Shown piece by piece: positions 20,128 to 29,058 of a DNA stretch of 64,000 nucleotides; the stretch's first letter is position 1; each line of letters opens with the position of its first letter. Source of the stretch: Candidatus Spongiisociaceae bacterium. Its GTDB lineage: Bacteria; Actinomycetota; Acidimicrobiia; Spongiisociales; Spongiisociaceae. The position numbers were made by a program, and so were the translations under genes. The notes below the pieces were generated by a model. It saw only the letters and a program-made list of their open reading frames with translations. It made no database searches and was not told the DNA's origin. Where the stretch lies: positions 672,001-736,000 of the forward strand of contig CBDCOH010000002.1 in NCBI GenBank assembly GCA_965219685.1, in the 5' to 3' direction.

Positions 20128-20370
20128 TTGGGTAAGGTGTTCCTGCAGGTGGTCCTGCGTCACCCTGTTCTTGCAGCCGAGGCGTTGCGCCTGGCCCTCG
20201 CTACGGCCGAGCCCGGATGGCTGCTCAAACCTCCGTTTCTGCCCCGCCCGGAGCCGACCTACCGGGACTGGCGCCTCGCAACCGCCTACGGCCGAGCCGA
20301 TGTCCAACCGTCAACGGCGGAAGTGGTGGAGTACCTGCAATGGCGCCGTTCCATGCGCCAGGCACGCTAA
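20128..20370 (+). CDS. small hypothetical protein
   Basis: 80 aa filling the gap, with a PPFLP.P...Y..WR..TAYG...YL.W pattern. Confidence 0.65.
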   Translation: MGKVFLQVVLRHPVLAAEALRLALATAEPGWLLKPPFLPRPEPTYRDWRLATAYGRADVQPSTAEVVEYLQWRRSMRQAR

Positions 20371-20393
20371 CCACCGATCACCAATCACCAACC
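20369..20393. repeat. short heptamer array (minus strand GGTGATT GGTGATC GGTGGTT)
   Basis: The redoxin stop TGA (20385-20387) lies inside the first unit. Confidence 0.65.
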
Positions 20394-20960
20394 GGGTTCG
20401 TTACCCGGCTTCCACTTGATCGAGCATCCCATCGATGGGTACTGGGCGACGGTGACAGGACTGTCCGCCAGCACCGCGTCCAGCGCGGATCGCAAGTCTT
20501 CGCCGGTTACGGGCATACCGGAGTTGGGCCTGGAGCCGTCGAATCTCCCCCGATACGCGAGCTCGCGGTCCGGACCGAACAGGAAGAAGTCCGGCGTGCA
20601 GGCGGCGGTGTAGGCCTTGGCGACTTCCTGGGTCTCGTCGAAGAGGACGGGGAAACTGTATCCCCGTTCACGCGCCACGGCGCCCAAACGTTCGGGTCCG
20701 TCGTCGGGATAGGTCACGGCATCGTTGGCGCTGATTCCCACGATGGCCACATCGGCGCCCGCGTAGTCGTTCCCGAAGTCGACCAAGCCCTGCTGGATGT
20801 GGACAACGTACGGACAATGGTTGCACAGGAAGATGACCACCAAGGCCTTGCTCTGCTCGAGGTCGCCCAATGCCACCGGGTTGCCGCTAACCGTATCGGT
20901 CAGGTTGAAGTCAGGGGCGGTGGTCCCCAGTGCCAGCATCGTGGACTTCTCAACGGCCAT
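20385..20960 (-). CDS. thioredoxin-like/AhpC-TSA redoxin
   Basis: LGT.APDF.L, CNHCPYV, AACTPDFF, YRGRFD and GCSIKW. Confidence 0.93.
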   Translation of the reverse strand: MAVEKSTMLALGTTAPDFNLTDTVSGNPVALGDLEQSKALVVIFLCNHCPYVVHIQQGLVDFGNDYAGADVAIVGISANDAVTYPDDGPERLGAVARERGYSFPVLFDETQEVAKAYTAACTPDFFLFGPDRELAYRGRFDGSRPNSGMPVTGEDLRSALDAVLADSPVTVAQYPSMGCSIKWKPGNEPGW

Positions 20961-20999
20961 TCTCGGAACTCCGGGTAGACGAATCGATCAGGAAGGAAG

Positions 21000-21112
21000 A
21001 GTAGTCAGTGGTCAGCGGTCTCAGTCACCAGTTCACCGATCACCATTCACCATTCACCATTCACCATTCACCATTCACCATTCACCATTCACCATTCACC
21101 ATTCACCACTCA
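21000..21112. repeat. paired heptamer array: AGTAGTC AGTGGTC AGCGGTC / (TTCACCA)x9 plus variants
   Basis: Nine perfect units at 21046-21108, abutting the HNH stop codon. Confidence 0.95.
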
Positions 21113-21616
21113 AGCTGGTTCGGCTAGGAGATAGGGAACCCACCGGGGGTCGCGTGATTTCCCCAAGGCCGCGTACAGCCAACCCTGGTAGGTGGGGGTC
21201 ACAGGCATCCTGGTGAGCTTCAGGCCGGCCTGGTGGGGAAGGCGGTTGCCCTTGCGAATGTTGCACCGGCGGCAGCATGCCACCACGTTCTCCCAGGTAT
21301 GGGGTCCTCCGTGGGCCTTTGGTACTACATGGTCGAGGCTCTCGGCAGGTGCACGACAGTACTGGCACCGGTGGCTATCCCGAGCGAACACGGCCGTCCG
21401 GGTCAGGGGGACCCGACGGTGGTACGGGACCTTGACGTAGTCGCGCAGGCGCACTACCGAAGGGACCTCGAAGGTGCGTTCAGCGCTGTGCCAGAGGCTG
21501 TCGGTCACCGCCAGGGTGTCGGCCTTTGAACGTAGGACGAGGACGACGGCCCGGCGGGCGCTTACGATCGACAGGGGCTCGTATGTTGCGTTGAGGACCA
21601 AAGTTCGATGAGCCAA
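21110..21616 (-). CDS. HNH endonuclease (McrA-like)
   Basis: LVLNATYEPL, VPSVVRL, RD.HRCQYC...DHVVP..HGG...WENVVACC..CN..K. TTG start follows GGAG. Confidence 0.92.
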   Translation of the reverse strand: MAHRTLVLNATYEPLSIVSARRAVVLVLRSKADTLAVTDSLWHSAERTFEVPSVVRLRDYVKVPYHRRVPLTRTAVFARDSHRCQYCRAPAESLDHVVPKAHGGPHTWENVVACCRRCNIRKGNRLPHQAGLKLTRMPVTPTYQGWLYAALGKSRDPRWVPYLLAEPA

Positions 21617-21670
21617 CGCCCTCTCCGTATCCGTCGGTGGCACAACGATACCAAGCCCGGTTGCCGGTCC

Positions 21671-21827
21671 CGTAGTTGGTGGCTGGTTGATGGTTGATGG
21701 TGGTTGGTGACTGGTGGATGCCAAACAACTGTCATTGGCACCTGATCCGGGATGGGCCAGTGACCATCTAGCTCAAGGAGACTGACGACCGTGCGGTCCT
21801 GTCAGCCTTTCAACCACCAACCACCCC
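21671..21827. repeat. paired degenerate heptamer array: CGTAGTT GGTGGCT GGTTGAT GGTTGAT GGTGGTT GGTGACT GGTGGAT / (AACCACC)x2
   Basis: Seven period-7 units at 21671-21719. The inverted arm at 21812-21825 abuts the Fur stop. Confidence 0.8.
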
Positions 21828-22267
21828 TATGCGCAGGCGGTGCATCGTCCTGCTATCTCAAGCGAGTGGCCGGTGGCGACGAAGTCCCGGAATCGGGTTG
21901 CTGCGGATACCACGTCGTTCAGGACAGCTTCCGAGTGCTCGGGCAATTCTATGTCATCGATAGCGCCGCACCTATCGCATACGAGGTGGTGGTGGTGGCC
22001 CATCAGCCACTCAGCCAACTCGTAGCGAATGATGCCACCGGTTCCATGATGCGGGGAAAGGACGCCTGCCCGGGTCAGTACGGACAGGGAACGGTACAGC
22101 GACGACAGCGGGACATCCTCGTCAAGGTCCTTGTGCAGCTCCGAGGCGGATCTGGGTCCTTCCGCTCTGGCAAGGGCCCGGATCACCTGTCGCCGGCCCC
22201 TGGTGTACCGGATCTCCTGCGCTGCCAGGCGCGACACGGCCTGTTGCTCGATCTGTGCGCTGACCAT
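21827..22267 (-). CDS. Fur family metal-responsive regulator
   Basis: T.GR..V, SLYRSL..L...G, HHHHLVCDRCG and C-terminal GRCTAC. Confidence 0.92.
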   Translation of the reverse strand: MVSAQIEQQAVSRLAAQEIRYTRGRRQVIRALARAEGPRSASELHKDLDEDVPLSSLYRSLSVLTRAGVLSPHHGTGGIIRYELAEWLMGHHHHLVCDRCGAIDDIELPEHSEAVLNDVVSAATRFRDFVATGHSLEIAGRCTACA

Positions 22268-22500
22268 GTTCTCCCCTGCCTATACCATTGTGCCAGTCAC
22301 CTGGGCACTCCGAGATGGGTGACGGCGTACCAACCGGCTGCCTTCATCCTAGCCGTTGCATAGCGAATCCTTACGTACGACGGTTGTCGGTGGCCCGGTC
22401 GTACCTACCTGAGCCTGATACCTGCCGGGCGTCCCGTTCCCGCCGAAGATTGTGTTTGCGGGGCGAATCGGTGCCGCTCCCGACGCCATTCTAGTGCTAG

Positions 22501-22536
22501 AGTGGCAGATAGTGGATCGAAGTGGGATAAAATGGG
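22501..22536 (+). promoter_or_regulatory. MraZ-binding direct repeats (dcw boxes)
   Basis: AGTGG at 22501, 22511 and 22521 and AATGG at 22531, in exact 10-bp phase upstream of mraZ. Confidence 0.8.
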
Positions 22537-22596
22537 TCGAAAGGCTAAGCTAGTGCAACAGCATCCGATCCGGTTCGTAGCAAGGAACGAGAAGTC

Positions 22597-23028
22597 GTGC
22601 TCCTCGGTCAGTACCAACATACGGTGGACAAGAAAGGGAGGATGGTTCTCCCTGCCCGCTACCGCCACAAGCTGGCGAGTGGTTGTGTCATCACCAAGGG
22701 TCAGGAACGGTGTCTCTACGTGTTCCCTCTCGACCGATGGGAGCAGGAGGTGGAGAAGTACCGCATGTTGCCCCGTACCGACGCTCGAGCGCGCCGCCTT
22801 ACGAGGGCGTTTTTCGCAGGTGCCGTCCACCAGGAACTGGACGCCGCAGGTCGAGTCCAACTTCCCCTACGGCTTCGTGAGTACGCAGGCCTCGAGAGGG
22901 AGGTGACGGTGATCGGTGTGGAGGAGCGAGCCGAGATCTGGGACTCGGGTGCGTGGAACGAATACGACGAGGAGGCAGACAACTATTACTCGAACATCGA
23001 GGAGGCGCTCTCGGATTTCGGCATCTAG
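22597..23028 (+). CDS. mraZ: division/cell wall cluster transcriptional repressor
   Basis: G.Y.HTVDKKGR..LP and LDAAGRV.LP..LR.YA. Confidence 0.96.
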   Translation: MLLGQYQHTVDKKGRMVLPARYRHKLASGCVITKGQERCLYVFPLDRWEQEVEKYRMLPRTDARARRLTRAFFAGAVHQELDAAGRVQLPLRLREYAGLEREVTVIGVEERAEIWDSGAWNEYDEEADNYYSNIEEALSDFGI

Positions 23029-23144
23029 CACAACTCGCCCCGGACCAGAATCGATGACCTGCTCATCGCCAGCCCTCCGGCCGCCAATGGACTGCCCCTA
23101 CTCCGCCCGCAATCTAGTTGGTAACAATGATCGGGGGGCTGGCA

Positions 23145-24083
23145 ATGAGCACGGTATCGGATGCTGAACAGGCCTCTGATCGGCCGACCTACCACCGACC
23201 GGTGATGTTGGAGGAAGTGGTGGACTTTTTCAGACCGATCATGGAGGGAGTGTTGGTCGACGCTACATATGGGGGCGGCGGCCACACTGGGGCCTTGCTG
23301 GAAGAGCTCGGGAACGGGGTCCGTGTGCTGGGGATCGACAGAGACCCGGAGGCGATCGCGCAGGCAAAGGGTCACAGCCGGCTCCGGTTGGTCATGGGCA
23401 ACTTCGCCGACCTGGACACAATCCTCGCGAACCAGGGGATCGCGGAGATCGCGGGCGTGCTGTTCGACCTGGGCATGTCCGGTCGCCAGGTGGAAAGTGC
23501 GCGCCGGGGATTCTCGTTCCGCCACGACGGACCCTTGGACATGCGGATGGGCCCCGATGCACGCATCTCAGCCGACGACCTGCTCAATCGGACGCCGGTC
23601 ATGGAACTGGCAAGTCTCATCCGCAGCCTGGGAGAGGAACGGTTCGCCAAACGCGTCGCCCGCGCGGTCGTGGCAGCCCGCCCCATCCGGAGCACACGGC
23701 ACCTGGCCGCGGTGGTGAAGAGCGCAATCCCTGCTGCTAGCCGGCGAACGGGTGGGCATCCTGCGAGGCGGACATTTCAAGCGGTGCGAATGGCGGTCAA
23801 CGACGAGATGGGGGCCTTGGCGGCGGGTCTTGACCATGCCATCGGCGCGCTCCGTCCCGGTGGCCGATGCGTCGCGATCTCCTATCACTCCCTCGAGGAC
23901 CGGATAGTCAAGCATCGTTTCAGGAAGGGGGAGGGCCGGGCGCCGGGTCCCACACTTCCTGTTCCACCACCTGTCGAACTCGACGTGCTGACGCGCCGAC
24001 CAGTTCGCCCGCGTTCGGAAGAGATTGCCGCGAACCCGAGGGCCCGCAGTTCACGCCTCAGAGCGGCCGAGAAGGCAGCATGA
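23145..24083 (+). CDS. rsmH: 16S rRNA m4C1402 methyltransferase
   Basis: H.PVM, DAT.GGGGH, FDLG.S, GPLDMRM, ISYHSLEDR and NPRARS. Confidence 0.96.
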   Translation: MSTVSDAEQASDRPTYHRPVMLEEVVDFFRPIMEGVLVDATYGGGGHTGALLEELGNGVRVLGIDRDPEAIAQAKGHSRLRLVMGNFADLDTILANQGIAEIAGVLFDLGMSGRQVESARRGFSFRHDGPLDMRMGPDARISADDLLNRTPVMELASLIRSLGEERFAKRVARAVVAARPIRSTRHLAAVVKSAIPAASRRTGGHPARRTFQAVRMAVNDEMGALAAGLDHAIGALRPGGRCVAISYHSLEDRIVKHRFRKGEGRAPGPTLPVPPPVELDVLTRRPVRPRSEEIAANPRARSSRLRAAEKAA

Positions 24084-24538
24084 CGGTCCGTCCTCTTCGT
24101 TCTCCTCAAGGTCGTGCCGCGCCCCTTCGGGTCATCAGCGGCGGTGAGCGTCGGCGGCCCCGGCGCGCCTTCCTGTGGGCCTTGTACACAATCGGCGCGG
24201 TGGCTTCGTTCCTGGCGCTCATCTACCTGCGTACCGCCGTCGACGAGGCCGCCTACGAGATCCGCCGCCTGGAGAACCAGATCCGGCTCGAGGAGGGACG
24301 ACAGAACCAACTCCACTTGGAGAAGATTCGGCTCGAATCCCCGAGCGAGATCGTTCCGATCGCGGAGCACCTGCTGGGGATGGTGCTCCCCGACGAGGTC
24401 ATTCCGATTTCAGTGGCTGGTGTGCACGACGAGGGTTCCCGTTCGGTCGGGTCGCCCGGGGTTGTAGTTACGGATAAGCAAGGCGAGCGAGCGTCGGAGA
24501 CCGCGGACGGCTCACCCGGTCCCGACTCGCTTCCCTGA
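24080..24538 (+). CDS. ftsL: FtsL-like cell division protein
   Basis: Single TM plus coiled coil ending LESP..I...A...LGM; located between rsmH and ftsI, with an ATGA overlap. Confidence 0.75.
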   Translation: MTVRPLRSPQGRAAPLRVISGGERRRPRRAFLWALYTIGAVASFLALIYLRTAVDEAAYEIRRLENQIRLEEGRQNQLHLEKIRLESPSEIVPIAEHLLGMVLPDEVIPISVAGVHDEGSRSVGSPGVVVTDKQGERASETADGSPGPDSLP

Positions 24539-24643
24539 GGTAACGGACTGTGAAGGGAAACGGGTTGGACATTGCTGGTTGGGGCCACTCGATGGGCCTT
24601 GTCCTCTGGTCGGTCGGCCGGTCCCCCGTGTTCGTCTCGATAG

Positions 24644-26491
24644 ATGCCGGGAACTCATGCGACCTCTCCCGGGTCCCGGTTCTCCGTCAACGAACCGGCC
24701 TCGGCTCGGTTGATCGGCAGGACATGGGATTGGATCGTGGGTAAGAGAGCACGCGTACGGGGGGGAAGGCGCTCCACCGACATCCGCCTGCTCACGATCG
24801 CTCTCCTGGTCGTAGGATCATGGGCGACCATCGGATACCGGCTGTACCAGGTTCAGGTTGTCGACGCGGCCGCGTACACCGCGGCCGCCGAGCGGCAGAG
24901 GGTCCGTGTCGAGGAGACGGCCGCTGCGCGAGGAACCATATTCGACCGGGAGGGTCGGGAACTGGCCGTGAGCATCGAGGCTCGCACTGTCTATGCGAAT
25001 CCTCGCCAGATCGTCGACCCGGGCGCCACTGCGCTGGCTCTGAGCAAGGTTCTCCCGCTCGATATCGACCGTCTGCGCGAGAAACTGCTGGCCGACGCCA
25101 CCTTCGTGTTCGTCGCCCGCCAGGTGGAGGCGGACGATGCCGCCAAGGTTGCAGCCTTGGAGTTGCCGGGCATCCATTTCCTCACAGAGCCGAAGCGCGT
25201 CTACCCGTCGGGGTCGCTGGCGGCCCACGCGGTCGGGTTCGTCAACATCGACTCCAAGGGCATCGAGGGACTCGAGGCACAGTACGACAACCTGCTGACC
25301 GGCACGCCGGGGCGCATTCTCGCTGAGCGGGCCGCGGGGGGACAGGTGATCCCCCACGGTCGCTTCGAGATCCAACCCGCCATCCCCGGTGCAGACCTGA
25401 TCATCTCGATCGACCGCGAGATCCAGTTCATGGCACATCGGGCCTGTGTCGACACCCTGGTCACCACACTCGCCGATCGATGTACGGTGGTCGCCCTGGA
25501 TCCGGAGACGTTCGAGATCATGGCGATGGTCGTCGTGCCGTCGTTCGATCCCGCCGATCGCTCGGATGCTGACATCTCCAGCGGTGTTCTGGCCAATACC
25601 GCGGTGCGATCCCTGTACGAGCCGGGTTCCACACAGAAGGCTGTGACCGTCTCGGCGGCTCTGGAGGAGGGAATCGTCGACTGGGACACCCAGTATCTGG
25701 TGCAAGACGAGATCGAAGTCGTGGACGGGGCCTGTGACGACAATGACGACGTGGAGTGGGGGTGCTTCACCGACTTCAGTCCACACCCCCCGGAAGTGCT
25801 GACCGTGCGAGACTGCGTGCGCCTCTCGTCCAACGTCTGCACGGTCAAGATAGGCCAGGATCTGGGAAAGAACCACCTCGTCGACTACCTGGACGCGTTC
25901 GGATACGGTGCACACACCGGTATCGACTTCCCCGGAGAGGCCAAGGGAACGGTCAACCTACCGCGAGGGTGTTCGACTTGTCCTGCCTCGGCCTCGATCG
26001 GCTACTCGCTGTCTGTTTCCCCGCTCCAGATGGCGTCCGTCTACGCGACCATCGCCAACGGGGGTGTCAGGTTGGAACCTCGGTTGGTCACGGGCATCGT
26101 AAACGGGGACGGTGTGACCAGGCCGCCACAGAATCCACCCCACCGGGTCCTTTCGGACAGCACATCCCGTCTGGTTCGGCTGATGCTCAAGTCCGTCGTG
26201 GACTCCGGGACGGGGACCAGGGCGGCGGTTCCCGGCTACACGGTCGGTGGTAAGACCGGAACCACTCGGAAGTTCGACTACTCGCTCGGGATCTATACGG
26301 ACAACTACGTGGCCAGCTTTGTGGGAATGGCGCCCATCGACGATCCCGAACTCGTGATCGCAGTAGTGGTGGATGCTCCGAGGGGCGGCGCGTCGATCTA
26401 CGATCGGACCGGTGGGGCGGTAGCGGCGCCGCTGTTCTCCAGAGTCATGGAGGGATCGCTCCATCAGATGGGAGTCAGTCCCGATGCCTGA
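24644..26491 (+). CDS. ftsI: class B penicillin-binding protein (FtsI/PBP3)
   Basis: RG.IFDR.G, R.YP.G, EPGSTQK (SxxK), SSN and KTGT. The start may be downstream (GTG 24737). Confidence 0.94.
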   Translation: MPGTHATSPGSRFSVNEPASARLIGRTWDWIVGKRARVRGGRRSTDIRLLTIALLVVGSWATIGYRLYQVQVVDAAAYTAAAERQRVRVEETAAARGTIFDREGRELAVSIEARTVYANPRQIVDPGATALALSKVLPLDIDRLREKLLADATFVFVARQVEADDAAKVAALELPGIHFLTEPKRVYPSGSLAAHAVGFVNIDSKGIEGLEAQYDNLLTGTPGRILAERAAGGQVIPHGRFEIQPAIPGADLIISIDREIQFMAHRACVDTLVTTLADRCTVVALDPETFEIMAMVVVPSFDPADRSDADISSGVLANTAVRSLYEPGSTQKAVTVSAALEEGIVDWDTQYLVQDEIEVVDGACDDNDDVEWGCFTDFSPHPPEVLTVRDCVRLSSNVCTVKIGQDLGKNHLVDYLDAFGYGAHTGIDFPGEAKGTVNLPRGCSTCPASASIGYSLSVSPLQMASVYATIANGGVRLEPRLVTGIVNGDGVTRPPQNPPHRVLSDSTSRLVRLMLKSVVDSGTGTRAAVPGYTVGGKTGTTRKFDYSLGIYTDNYVASFVGMAPIDDPELVIAVVVDAPRGGASIYDRTGGAVAAPLFSRVMEGSLHQMGVSPDA

Positions 26492-27944
26492 CCAGCGCGT
26501 CCGGCTGGCCACGCTTGCCCGTCGGGTCGGTGGAGAGATCCGAGGCGATGGCGCTGCAACCGTTAGCAGTATCACTCATGACAGCCGTCTGGCGACCGCA
26601 GGTTCCCTGTTTGTCGCAGTCCGAGGACTCGAGGCGGACGGCCATGCCTTTGTAAGGGATGCTACGAGACGTGGAGCAACAGCCCTCCTGGTGGAGGAAT
26701 TCGTCACCACCACTCTGCCGCAGATAAGGGTTGCGGACACCCGACGGGTGTTGGGTCCCGCAGCATCGCTGGTCTTCGGCGATCCAAGCCGGGAACTGGA
26801 TGTCATCGGCGTCACAGGCACCAACGGGAAGACCACCGTAACGGTGATGATCGAATCGATCGCCGCGGCAGCGGAGCGCCCCTTCGGCAGGCTGGGGACA
26901 CTCGGTACCAAGATCGTCGGCCGGCACGAGTCGATGGCTCTCACCACTCCTGACGCTTCGGAACTCCAAGGGCATTTCAGGACAATGGTGGACGAGGGTG
27001 TGTCCCTCGTCGCGATGGAGGTCTCGTCCCACGCCCTTGCCCTTCATCGGGTAGAGGGCACTTCGTTTGCCGTGGCGGCCTTCACCAACCTCTCCCAGGA
27101 TCATCTCGACTTCCATCGGGACATGGAGACGTACCTGGCAGCCAAGATGCGGCTTTTCGACGGCCGCGCTCCTGTGCATGTCGTCGATGTGAACGACGAT
27201 GCCGGACAACGAGTGGCTGGTTCTGCCGCGGGTCGCGTCGTCACGGTGGGCCTCGGCGACGGCTATGACGTTGCGGCCGTGGTCACGCGGACCACGCTGC
27301 GAGAGTCACGTTTCACGTGCCGGTTGGAGGGTCGGGATGTGAAGTTGAGGGTCAAACCCGGTGGACTCCACAACGTCCGCAACGCGGCGCTCGCGGTCGC
27401 CTGCGCCAGACAGGTGGGGATCGGGATCGAACCGATCGTCGAAGGCCTCTCCACGATCGAGCGGATTCCGGGCCGCCTCGATCCGATCGACGCGGGACAG
27501 CCATTCCGGGTGCTGGTCGATTACGCGCACACTCCGGAGGCGGTCGACTCGGTGGTGAGGGCCGCGCTCGACCGCTGTGGCGGGTCCACGATCGTCGTCG
27601 TGGGAGCGGCTGGGGAGCGCGACCCCGCAAAGCGCCCGCTTCTCGGTGCTGCGGCGGCCAATGCCCATGTCGCGGTGATCACTTCGGACAATCCCCGCTC
27701 TGAGGACCCTTCTGCTCTAGTCGATGCGGTGGTACAGGGGACATCGCAGGGCAGGGCGGAGGTGATAGCGGAGGTGGACCGGAGCAGGGCCATCCGGATC
27801 GCCGTGGAGCGGGCCGAGCCGGGCGACGCAGTCCTGATCCTCGGGAAGGGTCACGAGCGGAGCCAGGATCTGGGTGACGAGGTCGTACCGTTCGACGACC
27901 GGGCGGTAGCGGCTTTTCACCTGCAACAGCGATGGGCGCGGTAA
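26484..27944 (+). CDS. murE: UDP-MurNAc-dipeptide:meso-DAP ligase
   Basis: GVTGTNGKTT, MEVSSH, FTNLSQDHLDFH, DYAHTP, DNPR (mDAP-type) and GKGHE. Confidence 0.96.
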   Translation: MPDQRVRLATLARRVGGEIRGDGAATVSSITHDSRLATAGSLFVAVRGLEADGHAFVRDATRRGATALLVEEFVTTTLPQIRVADTRRVLGPAASLVFGDPSRELDVIGVTGTNGKTTVTVMIESIAAAAERPFGRLGTLGTKIVGRHESMALTTPDASELQGHFRTMVDEGVSLVAMEVSSHALALHRVEGTSFAVAAFTNLSQDHLDFHRDMETYLAAKMRLFDGRAPVHVVDVNDDAGQRVAGSAAGRVVTVGLGDGYDVAAVVTRTTLRESRFTCRLEGRDVKLRVKPGGLHNVRNAALAVACARQVGIGIEPIVEGLSTIERIPGRLDPIDAGQPFRVLVDYAHTPEAVDSVVRAALDRCGGSTIVVVGAAGERDPAKRPLLGAAAANAHVAVITSDNPRSEDPSALVDAVVQGTSQGRAEVIAEVDRSRAIRIAVERAEPGDAVLILGKGHERSQDLGDEVVPFDDRAVAAFHLQQRWAR

Positions 27945-27981
27945 TCATGTCCTACGAACGCCTGGTGGAGAAACGGTTGCC

Positions 27982-29058
27982 GTGATAGCGATGCTCACGT
28001 CGGCGACGGTGGCCTTCGCGGTCGCCATCTTCGGAACCGCGTACGCAATCCGCCTGTTCCGCGCTTGGAACATCGGCCAGTTCATCCAAGAGGAACTGGA
28101 AGGCCACATGCACAAGCGCGGCACCCCCACCATGGGCGGGATCGTCATCATTCTGGCGGTGGTAGCCGGGTACGCGGCGTCCCACGTACGCCTCCTGGTC
28201 AGCGACGGTTCCGTGCAGTGGGTGGGACGCGACTACGAGTCGGCGGGACTGCTGGCTATCGGTGCCATCCTGGGGATGGGCGTGGTCGGTTTCATCGACG
28301 ACTACCAGAAGCTGTCGCGGTTCCGGAACCAGGGCTTGGGCATAGCGGCCAAGTTCGTCGGCCAGTTGGCTGTGGCGGGGTTCTTCGCGTGGGGAGCGGT
28401 GGTCTCCGGCACCTCGACCGCCATCGGGTTCACCCGACCGACTTCGCTGGATCTGGGGGCCGGTCTGTTCGCGGTCTGGGTTCTACTGATGCTCACGGGG
28501 TTTGCCAACGCGGTCAACTTCACCGATGGCCTGGACGGGCTGGCGTCGGGGTCGGGGGCGCTGGTTGCCGGCGCCTACATGATCATCGCCTTCTGGATGT
28601 TCCGGCATCCGTCCTTCTACGAAGTGGAGGGAAGCCTCGGGCTGGCGGCGGTGGCTTCCGCCATGCTCGGCGCGTGCCTCGGCTTTCTGTGGTGGAACGC
28701 AGCGCCCGCCCGAATAATCATGGGAGACGTCGGCTCTCAGGCGCTGGGAGGCGGAATGGCTGCCTTGGCGCTGCTGACCAACACCGACCTTCTGCTGGCC
28801 ATCCTCGGCGGCCTCTACGTGGTCGAGACGCTATCGGTGATCGTCCAGGTGGCGGGGTTCAGATGGTTCGGCGGTCGGAGGGTGTTCCGCATGGCGCCGA
28901 TCCACCACCACTTCGAGATGAAGCAGTGGCCCGAGACGACGATCATCACCCGATTCTGGATACTTGCCGCCATCGGCGTGGCTCTTGGACTCGGCCTCTT
29001 CTACGGCGACTTCCTGACCGGTGGAGGGGTGGACGGCCTTGCCGGAGGGACGGGATGA
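27982..29058 (+). CDS. mraY: phospho-MurNAc-pentapeptide translocase
   Basis: GTPTMGG, GFIDD, NAVNFTDGLDGL, MGDVGS and MAPIHHHFE. Confidence 0.97.
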   Translation: MIAMLTSATVAFAVAIFGTAYAIRLFRAWNIGQFIQEELEGHMHKRGTPTMGGIVIILAVVAGYAASHVRLLVSDGSVQWVGRDYESAGLLAIGAILGMGVVGFIDDYQKLSRFRNQGLGIAAKFVGQLAVAGFFAWGAVVSGTSTAIGFTRPTSLDLGAGLFAVWVLLMLTGFANAVNFTDGLDGLASGSGALVAGAYMIIAFWMFRHPSFYEVEGSLGLAAVASAMLGACLGFLWWNAAPARIIMGDVGSQALGGGMAALALLTNTDLLLAILGGLYVVETLSVIVQVAGFRWFGGRRVFRMAPIHHHFEMKQWPETTIITRFWILAAIGVALGLGLFYGDFLTGGGVDGLAGGTG

